Origin: Syntrophobacterales bacterium
GTDB taxonomy: Bacteria; Desulfobacterota; Syntrophobacteria; BM002
Length of the DNA: 64,000 nucleotides
Assembly: GCA_050124835.1 (NCBI GenBank)
Contig: JASFEM010000004.1
Coordinates: 3,588-67,587, forward strand
Direction: 5' to 3'
Shown: piece by piece, positions 39,174-48,109 of the stretch
How the letters are laid out: each line of letters starts with the position of its first letter
Numbering within the stretch: the first letter of the stretch is position 1
Program-made: the position numbers and the translations under genes
Notes under the pieces: generated by a model
Told to the model about the DNA's origin: nothing
Databases searched by the model: none
Seen by the model: only the letters and a program-made list of their open reading frames with translations

Positions 39174-39512
39174 TTGAAGGGCCACAAGATGGAGTCTTTC
39201 GAAAGACGGAAGTACACGAGAACCCTTAGAAGTTTCAGAATAAAGATCAAGCTCGCTCGTACTTCCAAAGAGGTAGACGGGGTCACCCAGGACTTGTCCC
39301 AAGGTGGTGCCTTTATCTCGAGCCCATCCTGGCCTACCTTCCATCAGAATGATCAAGCGGAAATGCGAGTTTATTTACCTCCTGAATTTACCGGACAAAA
39401 CAACACTTTAGTTCTCACTGGCCCGGCGTTAGTCAAGAGGATAGAGAAGGAAAGACAAGGGGTAGCCGTTGAGTTCTTAAGAGAATTAAGAACCTTCCAG
39501 CCTTCGTTGTAG
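39174..39512 (+). CDS. PilZ-domain protein
   Basis: Motifs RRKYTRTLR and DLSQGGAFIS. It is divergent from the other PilZ gene across an AT-rich 266-bp spacer. The start may be the Met at 39189. Confidence 0.6.
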   Translation: MKGHKMESFERRKYTRTLRSFRIKIKLARTSKEVDGVTQDLSQGGAFISSPSWPTFHQNDQAEMRVYLPPEFTGQNNTLVLTGPALVKRIEKERQGVAVEFLRELRTFQPSL

Positions 39513-39593
39513 ATGGGTCACAGTTGTTGGCTCTTTCACCCTCGATGGTATGTCAGAAAACTTTTCCTGGTTTTGGTTCGGTTTACATCAAAC

Positions 39594-40022
39594 CTACTGC
39601 CGACTCTTCTCAAGTTCCTTTATATAAGCCACAGCTCTTTCCAGTTCATCGGTTAGGTAGCGTGTACGGAGAATCGACTTCACCCGGATTGCCAGCTCCA
39701 CCAAGTCAATGGGTTTGTTGACGAAATCATCGGCTCCCACTTCAATCGCAGCTATCTTGTTTTCATCGTATCCCGTTATCATTATGATGGGTATGTACTG
39801 CGTTTTCGGATCAGTCTTTAATCTCTTGCAGACTTCTATCCCATCAATACCGGGCATCCTAACATCCAGCAAGATTACATGTGGAGTCTCTCCTTTTGCC
39901 AACTCTATGGCCTCTTCTCCGGCTGAAGCCAGAAGCACGTCGTAGCCTTCTTGCTGTAGAACCTCGCTGAGCAAATCCCTTATTTCAAGTTCATCATCCA
40001 CCACCAAAACCTTCTCCTCCAT
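39594..40022 (-). CDS. single-domain response regulator with short C-terminal helix
   Basis: Receiver motifs VLVVDDE, ILLDVRMPGIDG and a conserved K in NKP. Confidence 0.8.
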   Translation of the reverse strand: MEEKVLVVDDELEIRDLLSEVLQQEGYDVLLASAGEEAIELAKGETPHVILLDVRMPGIDGIEVCKRLKTDPKTQYIPIIMITGYDENKIAAIEVGADDFVNKPIDLVELAIRVKSILRTRYLTDELERAVAYIKELEKSRQ

Positions 40023-40628
40023 GGTACCCCTCCCTTCCTGGATGTCAAAATTATCGGATAAATGATTTTTCCGCTTTCAGGCGCCTGAGATTGGACAAAG
40101 TAGACCCTCCAAGACTTCAGTGATGAGCCTCCCGTATCGGACCGCCCAATTTCTCATCATTAATCCAGTTTGGGCTTACGATGACTTGGTTGAATCTGGA
40201 TGTTTGTATGCTAACGCATAGCTTCGTGTGAACTTACCTATCGAGGTCATGCGCCTTTGGTAGGTTCAACGCTTACAGTCTCAGAGGGCTTGCGGTTTGT
40301 CAAGGAGTTAGTTAAAGGGCCACCGCAATGCTGCCAGCGTCAAGAGTTACATTCCCATAGTTAATCGTTTTCTTGGGGGAGATAGAAAGCGGATTTAAGT
40401 AGGGACGTGGTGGATGTGATGCCGTCCTGCCACGGTAGGTAGATTTCTGCCATTTCCGAAAAAATAGCAGTTTCCTATTCTTGATTAGACTCAAGATATC
40501 GTGGCAGAATCTTAAAGGGCAAAGTTTAGATTAAAATATGAAATGCAAACTCCCAGGAAAAAGGTAGGAGAGCTTACATGCTGGCGATTTCACTTCTGTC
40601 TGCCCGTACTAGCAGATAAATCGGTGAC

Positions 40629-41249
40629 CTACTTTTCTAGGTTTTTGATCTTGCCCCTCAGAATCTTTTTGTATTTTCTACAAGCCACAGGAATGGTTAT
40701 AGCGCCAAAAGGATACTTCGAATAGTCTTTCTCGGGATCGAAACATTCGGGTTTGCCACCATCTAATCCCCATTTATTTGGATTATAAGTATTTGAAATA
40801 TATGCTCCCCCACCATGCGTTTTGACAAGCCCAAAGTGGAGATGTTGATAACCATTATGTGACTCACCAGAAAGACCGATTAATTGTCCCCTTTGTACTG
40901 TTTGAAAGTAGGAAACAAAGACCTCAGACAGGTGTGCATATACAGAATAATATGGTTTGGAGACTTCATCGTAATGTTCAAGAAACACATAGAATCCGCC
41001 CTTACCAGGGTCAGTCGGATCATTACGTTCTCTGATCGATACAACCTTTCCGTCAGAACACGCAATAATGGGAGTCCCTTTAGGAATGGAGTAGTCAAGC
41101 CCTGGATGTCTACCTTCTCCGTATTTAACAGGTGCGCCATACCCAACGCCAATGCGAGGTCTACCTTCTTTGATGGCACTACACGACAAATTCAAGGAGG
41201 CAACGAGGGCCAAAAGGATGAGCACCGAGAAGCGTTTAGTTTTTGCCAT
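40629..41249 (-). CDS. M23-family (LytM) metallopeptidase lipoprotein
   Basis: Signal peptide plus lipobox NLSCSA. Catalytic motifs HPGLDYSIP (HxxxD) and HLHFGL (HxH). Confidence 0.7.
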   Translation of the reverse strand: MAKTKRFSVLILLALVASLNLSCSAIKEGRPRIGVGYGAPVKYGEGRHPGLDYSIPKGTPIIACSDGKVVSIRERNDPTDPGKGGFYVFLEHYDEVSKPYYSVYAHLSEVFVSYFQTVQRGQLIGLSGESHNGYQHLHFGLVKTHGGGAYISNTYNPNKWGLDGGKPECFDPEKDYSKYPFGAITIPVACRKYKKILRGKIKNLEK

Positions 41250-41739
41250 TTTTCCCTCCTTTGCCTGTCGGCAGGTGGGAAGCCTTTGACTCCAGTGGTT
41301 AGTGTTTGTCCTCGGTGAAACTCAGGAGAGCAGGAAGGTCTCTCGATGTTCAACTAGCGAGGGAACGTGAGCTACTTTCAGAATAGGACGTTCAGGTAAT
41401 TCACGTCAATACGCAATGTCAGGCTTTCGGGATTCCTCGGTTGGCTCGAAAAGGCAAGCGCGCACTGTGCCTTCCATCCCTTAATTAACACTCGTGTGGA
41501 GATTACTCTGGTCCAATATGTTGAGAAATGAGGTTACTCGTTACCAATAAAGAACGGTAATCTTCTCCAGCTCAGGCAGATAGGGAGCCCCTCCGAGAGG
41601 TGGCAGCCTCATATTCTCACATTCAGATCGAAATATATCGCTGCCAGTAAATAGAAACAGTAGCTAGATCTGATCGAGACACATCCTCATACAGACGATG
41701 CTTTGTCACAATGGAAGAGGGCAGACCGAAGCGGTTACA

Positions 41740-42132
41740 CTAGTCTTTCACAAGAAGCTTCACATTATGGATGAGTTCTTCTGGCTCGATGGGCTTTTCC
41801 ATGAAGATATCCGCATGAATCCAGTCCAAATCCTCATCTAACGTTCGGCCATATCCCTTTTCCACCGGCGGCCTGGCAGAAACGATGAGTATGGGCACTC
41901 CGAAAACGCCATCGTTCTTTTTGACTTCGGTGGCAAAGTTTAACCCCTCATCCATGGTTTCCATCATGATGTCGAGGATGAGTAGATCCGGACGAGTGTC
42001 AGAAAAGAGCTGGAAACCTTTGCGTGTATCCAGGGCAGTAAAAACCTGATAGCCATACTGGGAGAGAATTTGGCTCAGCGCATCACAAATTTCCGGATCA
42101 TCATCGATGATTACAATTCTCTTTGCACTCAT
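41740..42132 (-). CDS. single-domain response regulator
   Basis: Receiver motifs IVIIDDD, LLILDIMM and SARPP. It is 130 aa. Confidence 0.75.
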   Translation of the reverse strand: MSAKRIVIIDDDPEICDALSQILSQYGYQVFTALDTRKGFQLFSDTRPDLLILDIMMETMDEGLNFATEVKKNDGVFGVPILIVSARPPVEKGYGRTLDEDLDWIHADIFMEKPIEPEELIHNVKLLVKD

Positions 42133-42506
42133 AGATGAATCCCTCCTTGCCCAAGTCCAGGGCCTATTAATGTTACGCTTCCAAAAATTTTCTCTGGATT
42201 AAAACTACTATGGTAATGAAGATGGGCTATACAGATGGTGGCAATGTTGAGGCAAGAGATATCCCCAAGGATAAAAAATCCGAACAGCGCAGTACTTGCA
42301 CCTTAACACAAACAAGGTTCCCAATGTCAAGCTAAAAAACCACGAACTTGATAGGGAATAGCGAGGTCAGGAGGAGAATGCGGATCTAGATAATGATGAG
42401 GTATACCATAACTGATCTCGAGCACCGTGACAGTTCAGTTGTTAAGCCAGTGGGGGCATCCCTGATTGAGGGGCACTAAAAGGCAAGGCGCAGAAGAGGA
42501 GAATTT

Positions 42507-43268
42507 TCAGGCTTCGTGCTTAATCCTCTTTATAATCTTCGGAATAAGAAATGAAAATATGAAGAGGCCTATTGAAAAAAAGACCTTGAAAGAAATCAAC
42601 TCGCCCCAGTTGCCAGAAACCCAGACATCCTTCAGGGTCCCTATGAAAAAGGTGAAGATAAAAGTCCCCACGATAATGCCCAGGCCAGTGCCGAAAAAGT
42701 AGTCCCAAAATCGCACCTTGGTAAGGCCCATGCCGAAATTCATCGGTGTGAAAGGAAAATACACAAGACGCAAGTAGAGAACGGTTGCAAAACCATTTCG
42801 CTCAATGGCATCATCGTACTTCTTGAGTTTGTCTCCAATCAGTGAAGCCGCGAACTCTCTGCCAAGGGTGCGCCCGATCCAAAAGGCTGCACTTGCACCA
42901 GCCATTGCGCCAATCCACACGTATAGAAAGCCCCAGTAGGCTCCAAAAATGGCGGCGCCAAGACCCGTTAGCAAAGTCCCGGGCAGGAATAAGCATATCC
43001 CTGCAGTATAAACAACAATAAAAACCAGGGGTGCCCAAAACCCTGCACTGTCTAGAAAACTCCCGAGTGCTTCAGCTGTGAGATACCCTTTTACTGGTGT
43101 AAACCGAAAAATGTAAATGGCTATAGCAACAAAAGCCAGAAGCATCGACGCCTTTATCACGGCTTTTTTCCGATTTGCTGTTGGCGCCTGTATGACATCT
43201 CCCATGCTTTCCCCCCCGACCTTGGTGTCAGTTTCCAGCGATTTGTTGTCCGTTGAAGAATTTGTCAT
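42507..43268 (-). CDS. TVP38/TMEM64 (DedA-like) family membrane protein
   Basis: A multi-TM protein with the family core FLPGTLLTGLGAAIFG...GRTLGR. Confidence 0.6.
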   Translation of the reverse strand: MTNSSTDNKSLETDTKVGGESMGDVIQAPTANRKKAVIKASMLLAFVAIAIYIFRFTPVKGYLTAEALGSFLDSAGFWAPLVFIVVYTAGICLFLPGTLLTGLGAAIFGAYWGFLYVWIGAMAGASAAFWIGRTLGREFAASLIGDKLKKYDDAIERNGFATVLYLRLVYFPFTPMNFGMGLTKVRFWDYFFGTGLGIIVGTFIFTFFIGTLKDVWVSGNWGELISFKVFFSIGLFIFSFLIPKIIKRIKHEA

Positions 43269-43292
43269 TGGTCATTCGCTATTGGTGATGAG
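43265..43292. repeat. heptamer tandem array (TCATTSG)x3-4 immediately upstream of the DedA-like gene start
   Basis: TCATTGG TCATTCG CTATTGG TGATGAG. It is related to the array at 33895 (CATTGAC). Confidence 0.6.
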
Positions 43293-43369
43293 TCGGAGGA
43301 ACGGCAAATAAATTACAATCTGTCGATAATAGACATCGAATGTCTAGAAAATAACCGGCTTAACCGGCT

Positions 43370-44281
43370 CTATTCATCCTTGGCTGTCTTAACCGCGTGA
43401 CCGCCAAATTCCCTCCGCAGGGCCGCAAGAACCCTGTCCTCGAAAGCATTCTCTTGCCTGGATCTGAATCTTCTAAAAAGCGACAAGGCTATAACTGGAG
43501 CGGATACGCCACTTTCAACTGCCTGTTGCACAGTCCAGCGCCCTTCCCCCGAGTCTTCCACATATCCGCGAATTTCTGTGAGCCTTTCATCCTTGGCAAA
43601 GGCTGTCTCCAAGAGCTCCAGAAGCCACGAACGTACCACACTTCCCTGATTCCACAGGTGCGCCACTTTGGAGTAATCAAGGGATTCTGCGTAAGGAGAG
43701 CCCTCCAAAATGGCAAACCCTTCCCCGTAGGCCTGCATCATTCCATACTCGATACCGTTATGAACCATTTTGACAAAGTGACCAGCGCCAATGGGACCGC
43801 AATGGAGATAGCCATCCTCGGGTGCCAGTGTCTTGAAAATTGGCTCGAGATATTCATAGATCTGGCGGTCTCCGCCCATCATCATGCAATACCCTACCTG
43901 GAGTCCCCAGATGCCCCCGCTCACACCAACATCCATAAACTTAATTCCGGCCTCAGCCAGCATCTCGGAGCGGCGGATGTCATCTTTATAGTAGGTGTTA
44001 CCTCCATCAATGATGATGTCGTCAACAGACAGCAAGTCTTTAAGCTGCTCGAGGTGATCATCGACGGGCTTGCCAGCAGGAAGCATAAGCCAGACGACTC
44101 GTGGCGGTTCCAACTTCTCAACCAGTTCGGTTAAAGAAAAGCTCCCTATTGCGCCCTCCTTGACAATTTCCTCTGTCTTGTTGGGCGTTCGATTGAAGGC
44201 TACCACCTCATGCCCCCCCTGAAGCAGCCGCTTCGCCATATTCATTCCCATGCGGCCCAAGCCAATCATAGCCAATTTCAT
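43370..44281 (-). CDS. 6-phosphogluconate dehydrogenase (decarboxylating)-like, short YqeC-type
   Basis: N-terminal Rossmann motif MIGLGRMGMNMAKRL, a length of about 300 aa and a Gnd-family C-terminal domain. Confidence 0.7.
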   Translation of the reverse strand: MKLAMIGLGRMGMNMAKRLLQGGHEVVAFNRTPNKTEEIVKEGAIGSFSLTELVEKLEPPRVVWLMLPAGKPVDDHLEQLKDLLSVDDIIIDGGNTYYKDDIRRSEMLAEAGIKFMDVGVSGGIWGLQVGYCMMMGGDRQIYEYLEPIFKTLAPEDGYLHCGPIGAGHFVKMVHNGIEYGMMQAYGEGFAILEGSPYAESLDYSKVAHLWNQGSVVRSWLLELLETAFAKDERLTEIRGYVEDSGEGRWTVQQAVESGVSAPVIALSLFRRFRSRQENAFEDRVLAALRREFGGHAVKTAKDE

Positions 44282-44345
44282 TTCATAACCTCCAAATTGC
44301 CAATTAGAGAATTTCGCAATACGTACATAAATTTAACCTAGCATA

Positions 44346-44552
44346 GGTTGGGCTTGAGGGCTGAGTTATTCCCAAAGCGGCGTATGTTGTAAGCCTATGC
44401 AAGCTTCAATGGTTAGGCCGTGCTGCCTTTAGCTGCAGAGGCTGGCGACATCCGCAGCTCGGGCTGCCATTGCCTCCGGTCCGAAGCACTTCCCCCCGCA
44501 AGTGTAGCAGACCGAGCGTAAGCGGAGGGAATGGCTTAGCGCTCAAGCCTTT
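44346..44552 (+). repeat. copy A (full length) of the approximately 200-bp dispersed element with terminal inverted repeats
   Basis: 5-prime end GGTTGGGCTTGAGGGCTGAGTTATTCCC. 3-prime end GGGAATGGCTTAGCGCTCAAGCC. These are imperfect reverse complements of each other. Confidence 0.7.
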
Positions 44553-44587
44553 GAGCGGAGCTAAGACAAGAGGCATATTTTCGAATT

Positions 44588-46045
44588 CTAGCTCTCTTCG
44601 CCGCAGGCCCTTCCTTTCAGATTGAAAAAGAGTTTTAATCCCTTCTTTACTCTATCGGAGAATATCTTGGGAGAAAAGAATGTCCCTGCGACCCTTTTGT
44701 TGATTTCACCCAGGGTCGGATATGGATGCACCGCCGAGGCAAGCGTGGAGAGTTTCACCTTTCCATTTAACACAGCTACCCATTCACCCAGTAATTCTCC
44801 TGCTTGTGGACCCAATATCTGAACCCCAATTGGCTTTTCTTTTTCATCAAGGATCATTTTGATCTTTCCGACTTTTTCACCCTCTGCCAGACTTCTGTCG
44901 TTATCTTTAAACTCTTCAGTCCACACAGCATACTGGATTCCGGCAGCCTCGGCTGCTTTTTCATTCATACCAATGCTAGCGAGTTCAGGGTCAGTATAGG
45001 TGCACCACGGCAAGAAGGTGTAGTCTACCTTTCTCGGGAGATGAAAAATCGCATTGGTGAACACGACACCGCCCTCGTAACCGGCAGCATGAGTGAACTG
45101 ATACTCACCGGTGACATCTCCTGCTGCATATATGTGCTTTTGTTTTGTTCTCAAGCGCTTGTCTACCTGTATGCCTTTCCCACTAAACTCTATGCCCAAC
45201 TCTTCCAGCCCTAAACCTTCCACGTTGGCTTCTCGACCCATGGCAACCAGGATTTTTTCGCCCCTAAGCTGGATCGTTTTGTTCGCGCCATTCTTAAGAA
45301 CCACCTCTCTCTCGTTCCCCAGGTCCCGAACAGCCACCACAGAGGAGTTGAGATAAAATGTGACCCCCTCAGCTTGCAAAACCTCCTTGACTGCGTCGGC
45401 CATATCTTTGTCTTCTTTGCTCAAGATCTGATTACTCCGCTGAACCACAGAGACCTTCGCACCAAGGCGGCAGAATGCCTGTGCCATCTCTATGGCTATG
45501 GGTCCAGCTCCAAGAATTATCAAGGATTTTGGCAGATGATCGAGGGAAAAGATTTCCTTGTTGGTGATATAAGGGGTTTTATCCAACCCCTCTATTTGAG
45601 GTATGGCAGGAGAGGAACCTGTAGAAAGTACCCAGGCTTTGGCTGAGAAGGTCGCTCCATTCAGACGGATGGTGTGCTCATCGGTAAAGGTTGGATCACC
45701 AAATTCCACCCTGGCGCCGAGCTTGCAGAATCTTTCCACTGAATCGTGCTCTTGAATGGTATTGATAACCGATTGAATTCTATTTGCCACCTCACGATAA
45801 TCAACAGGTGGAAGCTCAACCCCCGGAAGTCCGTATTCTCTTGAGCTTTTCATCAGATGGTAGACGTGAGCTGTTCTGATCAGGGTTTTGCTCGGCACGC
45901 ACCCGTAGTGCAGGCAGTCGCCCCCAAGTTCTTTTTCCTTTTCAACCAGCAGAGTCTTGGCACCAGCTTGGGCAGCTCCAGCCGTCACGGTTAAACCTGC
46001 TGCGCCACCGCCAATTACACCTATGTCAAAATCATAATCAGCCAT
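44588..46045 (-). CDS. class I pyridine nucleotide-disulfide oxidoreductase (dihydrolipoyl dehydrogenase / mercuric reductase-like core)
   Basis: FAD motif GVIGGGAAG. Redox-active disulfide GGDCLHYGCVPSK, a second Rossmann fold and the interface domain. No HMA domain and no C-terminal Cys pair. Confidence 0.7.
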   Translation of the reverse strand: MADYDFDIGVIGGGAAGLTVTAGAAQAGAKTLLVEKEKELGGDCLHYGCVPSKTLIRTAHVYHLMKSSREYGLPGVELPPVDYREVANRIQSVINTIQEHDSVERFCKLGARVEFGDPTFTDEHTIRLNGATFSAKAWVLSTGSSPAIPQIEGLDKTPYITNKEIFSLDHLPKSLIILGAGPIAIEMAQAFCRLGAKVSVVQRSNQILSKEDKDMADAVKEVLQAEGVTFYLNSSVVAVRDLGNEREVVLKNGANKTIQLRGEKILVAMGREANVEGLGLEELGIEFSGKGIQVDKRLRTKQKHIYAAGDVTGEYQFTHAAGYEGGVVFTNAIFHLPRKVDYTFLPWCTYTDPELASIGMNEKAAEAAGIQYAVWTEEFKDNDRSLAEGEKVGKIKMILDEKEKPIGVQILGPQAGELLGEWVAVLNGKVKLSTLASAVHPYPTLGEINKRVAGTFFSPKIFSDRVKKGLKLFFNLKGRACGEES

Positions 46046-46447
46046 AGCCCTCTCCTTGTCTTTTCTCTGTACTTAGTTCCCCTGCGAGCGCCAGCGATAG
46101 GACGCTTAAGCTTATGTGAACAAACTGCACCAAGTTTTGTCGTCTCCCTTTTTTGGATCGGAAGGCAATAAGAAGCTCATGCGGAACTCTACCCTGCTTG
46201 TTATCTAAGCAAACTAAGACATCTAACGGGAATATCAAGAGAGAATTCCTCCAAGAGTTTCCCCAATAGTCGTGATTAGCCCGACTATCTTACCGCTGGA
46301 TTCGGGTTTTTGCATTGGAATATTTGCGGATTTTCTTTGTTACAGTCGGAAACTGCTTGACACCACTAAGAATAATTCAGAAATTGAGAATTAGAGATCA
46401 GTTCTGGAGTATTGAAATAATGTAATTAAGAGACGCAAGAAACTGCC

Positions 46448-48109
46448 GTGAGTTCAATGACTGTAAAAAACTCGGAGAAACTCAAGTGGTGGGGCTGGGG
46501 ACCAGAAGGCCAGAGTTACGCTCTGCCCGATCCGCAGGGTTTCTGGTCATTTCTTGAAAACAGCCTGGGCCCACTTCAAAAGAGCTCGCGGGTTGCTTCC
46601 CCGAATGACATCCATTTGCCGCCTTCTCGTCTGGCCTCCGCGGACCTTGAAGAACTCACAAAGTTACTCGGTGACAACGGGGTGACCACTGGACCATCGG
46701 ACCGGTTAGTTCACGCTCTGGGGAAATCCTACGTTGATCTTCTCCAGATACGTCAAGGGCATGTATCCGCTGCACCAGATGGAGTTATTTTCCCAGAGAA
46801 AGAGGAACATGTTCAGGCTGTATTGGAACTAGCCCACCAAAAGAACTGGGCTATTATCCCCTTCGGCGGGGGGACTTCGGTAGTGGGTGGCGTGGAACCC
46901 ATGCCTGATAGTCAGGTAGTGCTCACGCTTGATCTGGAACGCATGAACCGCGTCCTTGAAATAGATCCCGTCTCCAACACCGCAAGAATCCAGAGTGGTA
47001 TCCGGGGACCAGAACTGGAGGCACAGCTTTATGCTAATGGCTTTACCTTGGGACATTTCCCCCAATCTTTTGAATTCTCGACACTAGGTGGCTGGATTGC
47101 GACGCGCTCGGCAGGGCAGAATTCCACCAAGTATGGGAAGATCGAGCACATGGTGGTCAGCCTGAGGATAATCACACCAACCGGTATTTTGGATTCCCCA
47201 GTGGTACCGGCAGATGCAGTGGGGCCTTCCCTGCTTCAATGTCTGATTGGTTCAGAGGGCACTTTAGGGGTAATCACCCAAGCTGTAGTCCGTCTTCATC
47301 CTATCCCCCAGCACAGGGTTTTCGCTACATACCTTTTTCCGGATTTCGCTGAAGGCGTCTCTGCTGTGCGTCAAATGTTGCAAGCAGATCTGCGGCCAGC
47401 GGTGCTCAGGCTTTCTGACCCTGACGAGACCGCAATGGCTGTGTTGCTTGGTAAATCGCCGCGCTCATCTTTCAAGGAATTCCTAGGCCATTGGTATATC
47501 CGCTTTCGGGGATTTGACCTCCAGCGGTCCGCTCTCCTTATCTTGATTTTCGAGGGAACTCGCAATCTGGTTTCGGCGGCGAGACGCGAAACGCACCGCT
47601 TCTTGCGATCGGGACTTTATCTGGGGGGCCACCCTGCCAGGGAGTGGATGAAATCTCGCTTTCACCATCCGTATCTCCGGGATGACCTGCTGGATCGCTC
47701 GGTAATGGTGGACACTTTGGAGACTGCCGCACCCTGGGAGAGACTGCCAACGCTTTATGCAGCGGTACGCCAGACACTCTCCGAATCGATCCTTAGCACT
47801 GCCCCGGGCGCGTTGGTGTTCAGCCATCTATCCCACGCCTATCCGGATGGTGCCTCCCTGTATTTTACCTTTATGGCCCGGCAGCAAGCCGGACGTGAGT
47901 TGGAGCAATGGCAGTTGATTAAAGAAGCGGCCACCGAAGCGATAATCAAGCATGGCGGTGCCCTTAGCCATCACCATGGTATCGGTAGCATGCACAAACC
48001 CTGGGTTCAGTCTTATCTGGGGCCTGGAGCTCTGGCATTTCTCGAGCAGCTGAAAAGAAAAATAGACCCAGAGAACATCATGAATCCCGGAAAACTATTG
48101 GGAACTTAA
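46448..48109 (+). CDS. FAD-linked oxidase, alkyl-dihydroxyacetonephosphate synthase (AGPS)-like
   Basis: N-terminal KWWGWG tryptophan/glycine motif as in AGPS. PCMH-type FAD-binding region (VIFPEKEEHVQAVLELAHQKNWAIIPFGGGTSVVGG). The C-terminal HHHGIG motif is typical of the FAD-oxidase_C family. Confidence 0.6.
   Translation: MSSMTVKNSEKLKWWGWGPEGQSYALPDPQGFWSFLENSLGPLQKSSRVASPNDIHLPPSRLASADLEELTKLLGDNGVTTGPSDRLVHALGKSYVDLLQIRQGHVSAAPDGVIFPEKEEHVQAVLELAHQKNWAIIPFGGGTSVVGGVEPMPDSQVVLTLDLERMNRVLEIDPVSNTARIQSGIRGPELEAQLYANGFTLGHFPQSFEFSTLGGWIATRSAGQNSTKYGKIEHMVVSLRIITPTGILDSPVVPADAVGPSLLQCLIGSEGTLGVITQAVVRLHPIPQHRVFATYLFPDFAEGVSAVRQMLQADLRPAVLRLSDPDETAMAVLLGKSPRSSFKEFLGHWYIRFRGFDLQRSALLILIFEGTRNLVSAARRETHRFLRSGLYLGGHPAREWMKSRFHHPYLRDDLLDRSVMVDTLETAAPWERLPTLYAAVRQTLSESILSTAPGALVFSHLSHAYPDGASLYFTFMARQQAGRELEQWQLIKEAATEAIIKHGGALSHHHGIGSMHKPWVQSYLGPGALAFLEQLKRKIDPENIMNPGKLLGT

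Noticed and set aside
40023-40628. tRNA or other structured RNA gene in long intergenic gaps
   Set aside because: No cloverleaf-compatible sequence with conserved T-loop (GTTCRANYC) or anticodon-stem pattern was found by eye. It cannot be excluded without tRNAscan or Infernal.
44588-46045. Mercuric reductase (merA) call
   Set aside because: The redox-active CxxxxC and FAD/NAD folds fit, but there is no N-terminal HMA domain, no C-terminal vicinal Cys pair and no mer operon context. It is kept as a generic class I disulfide oxidoreductase.
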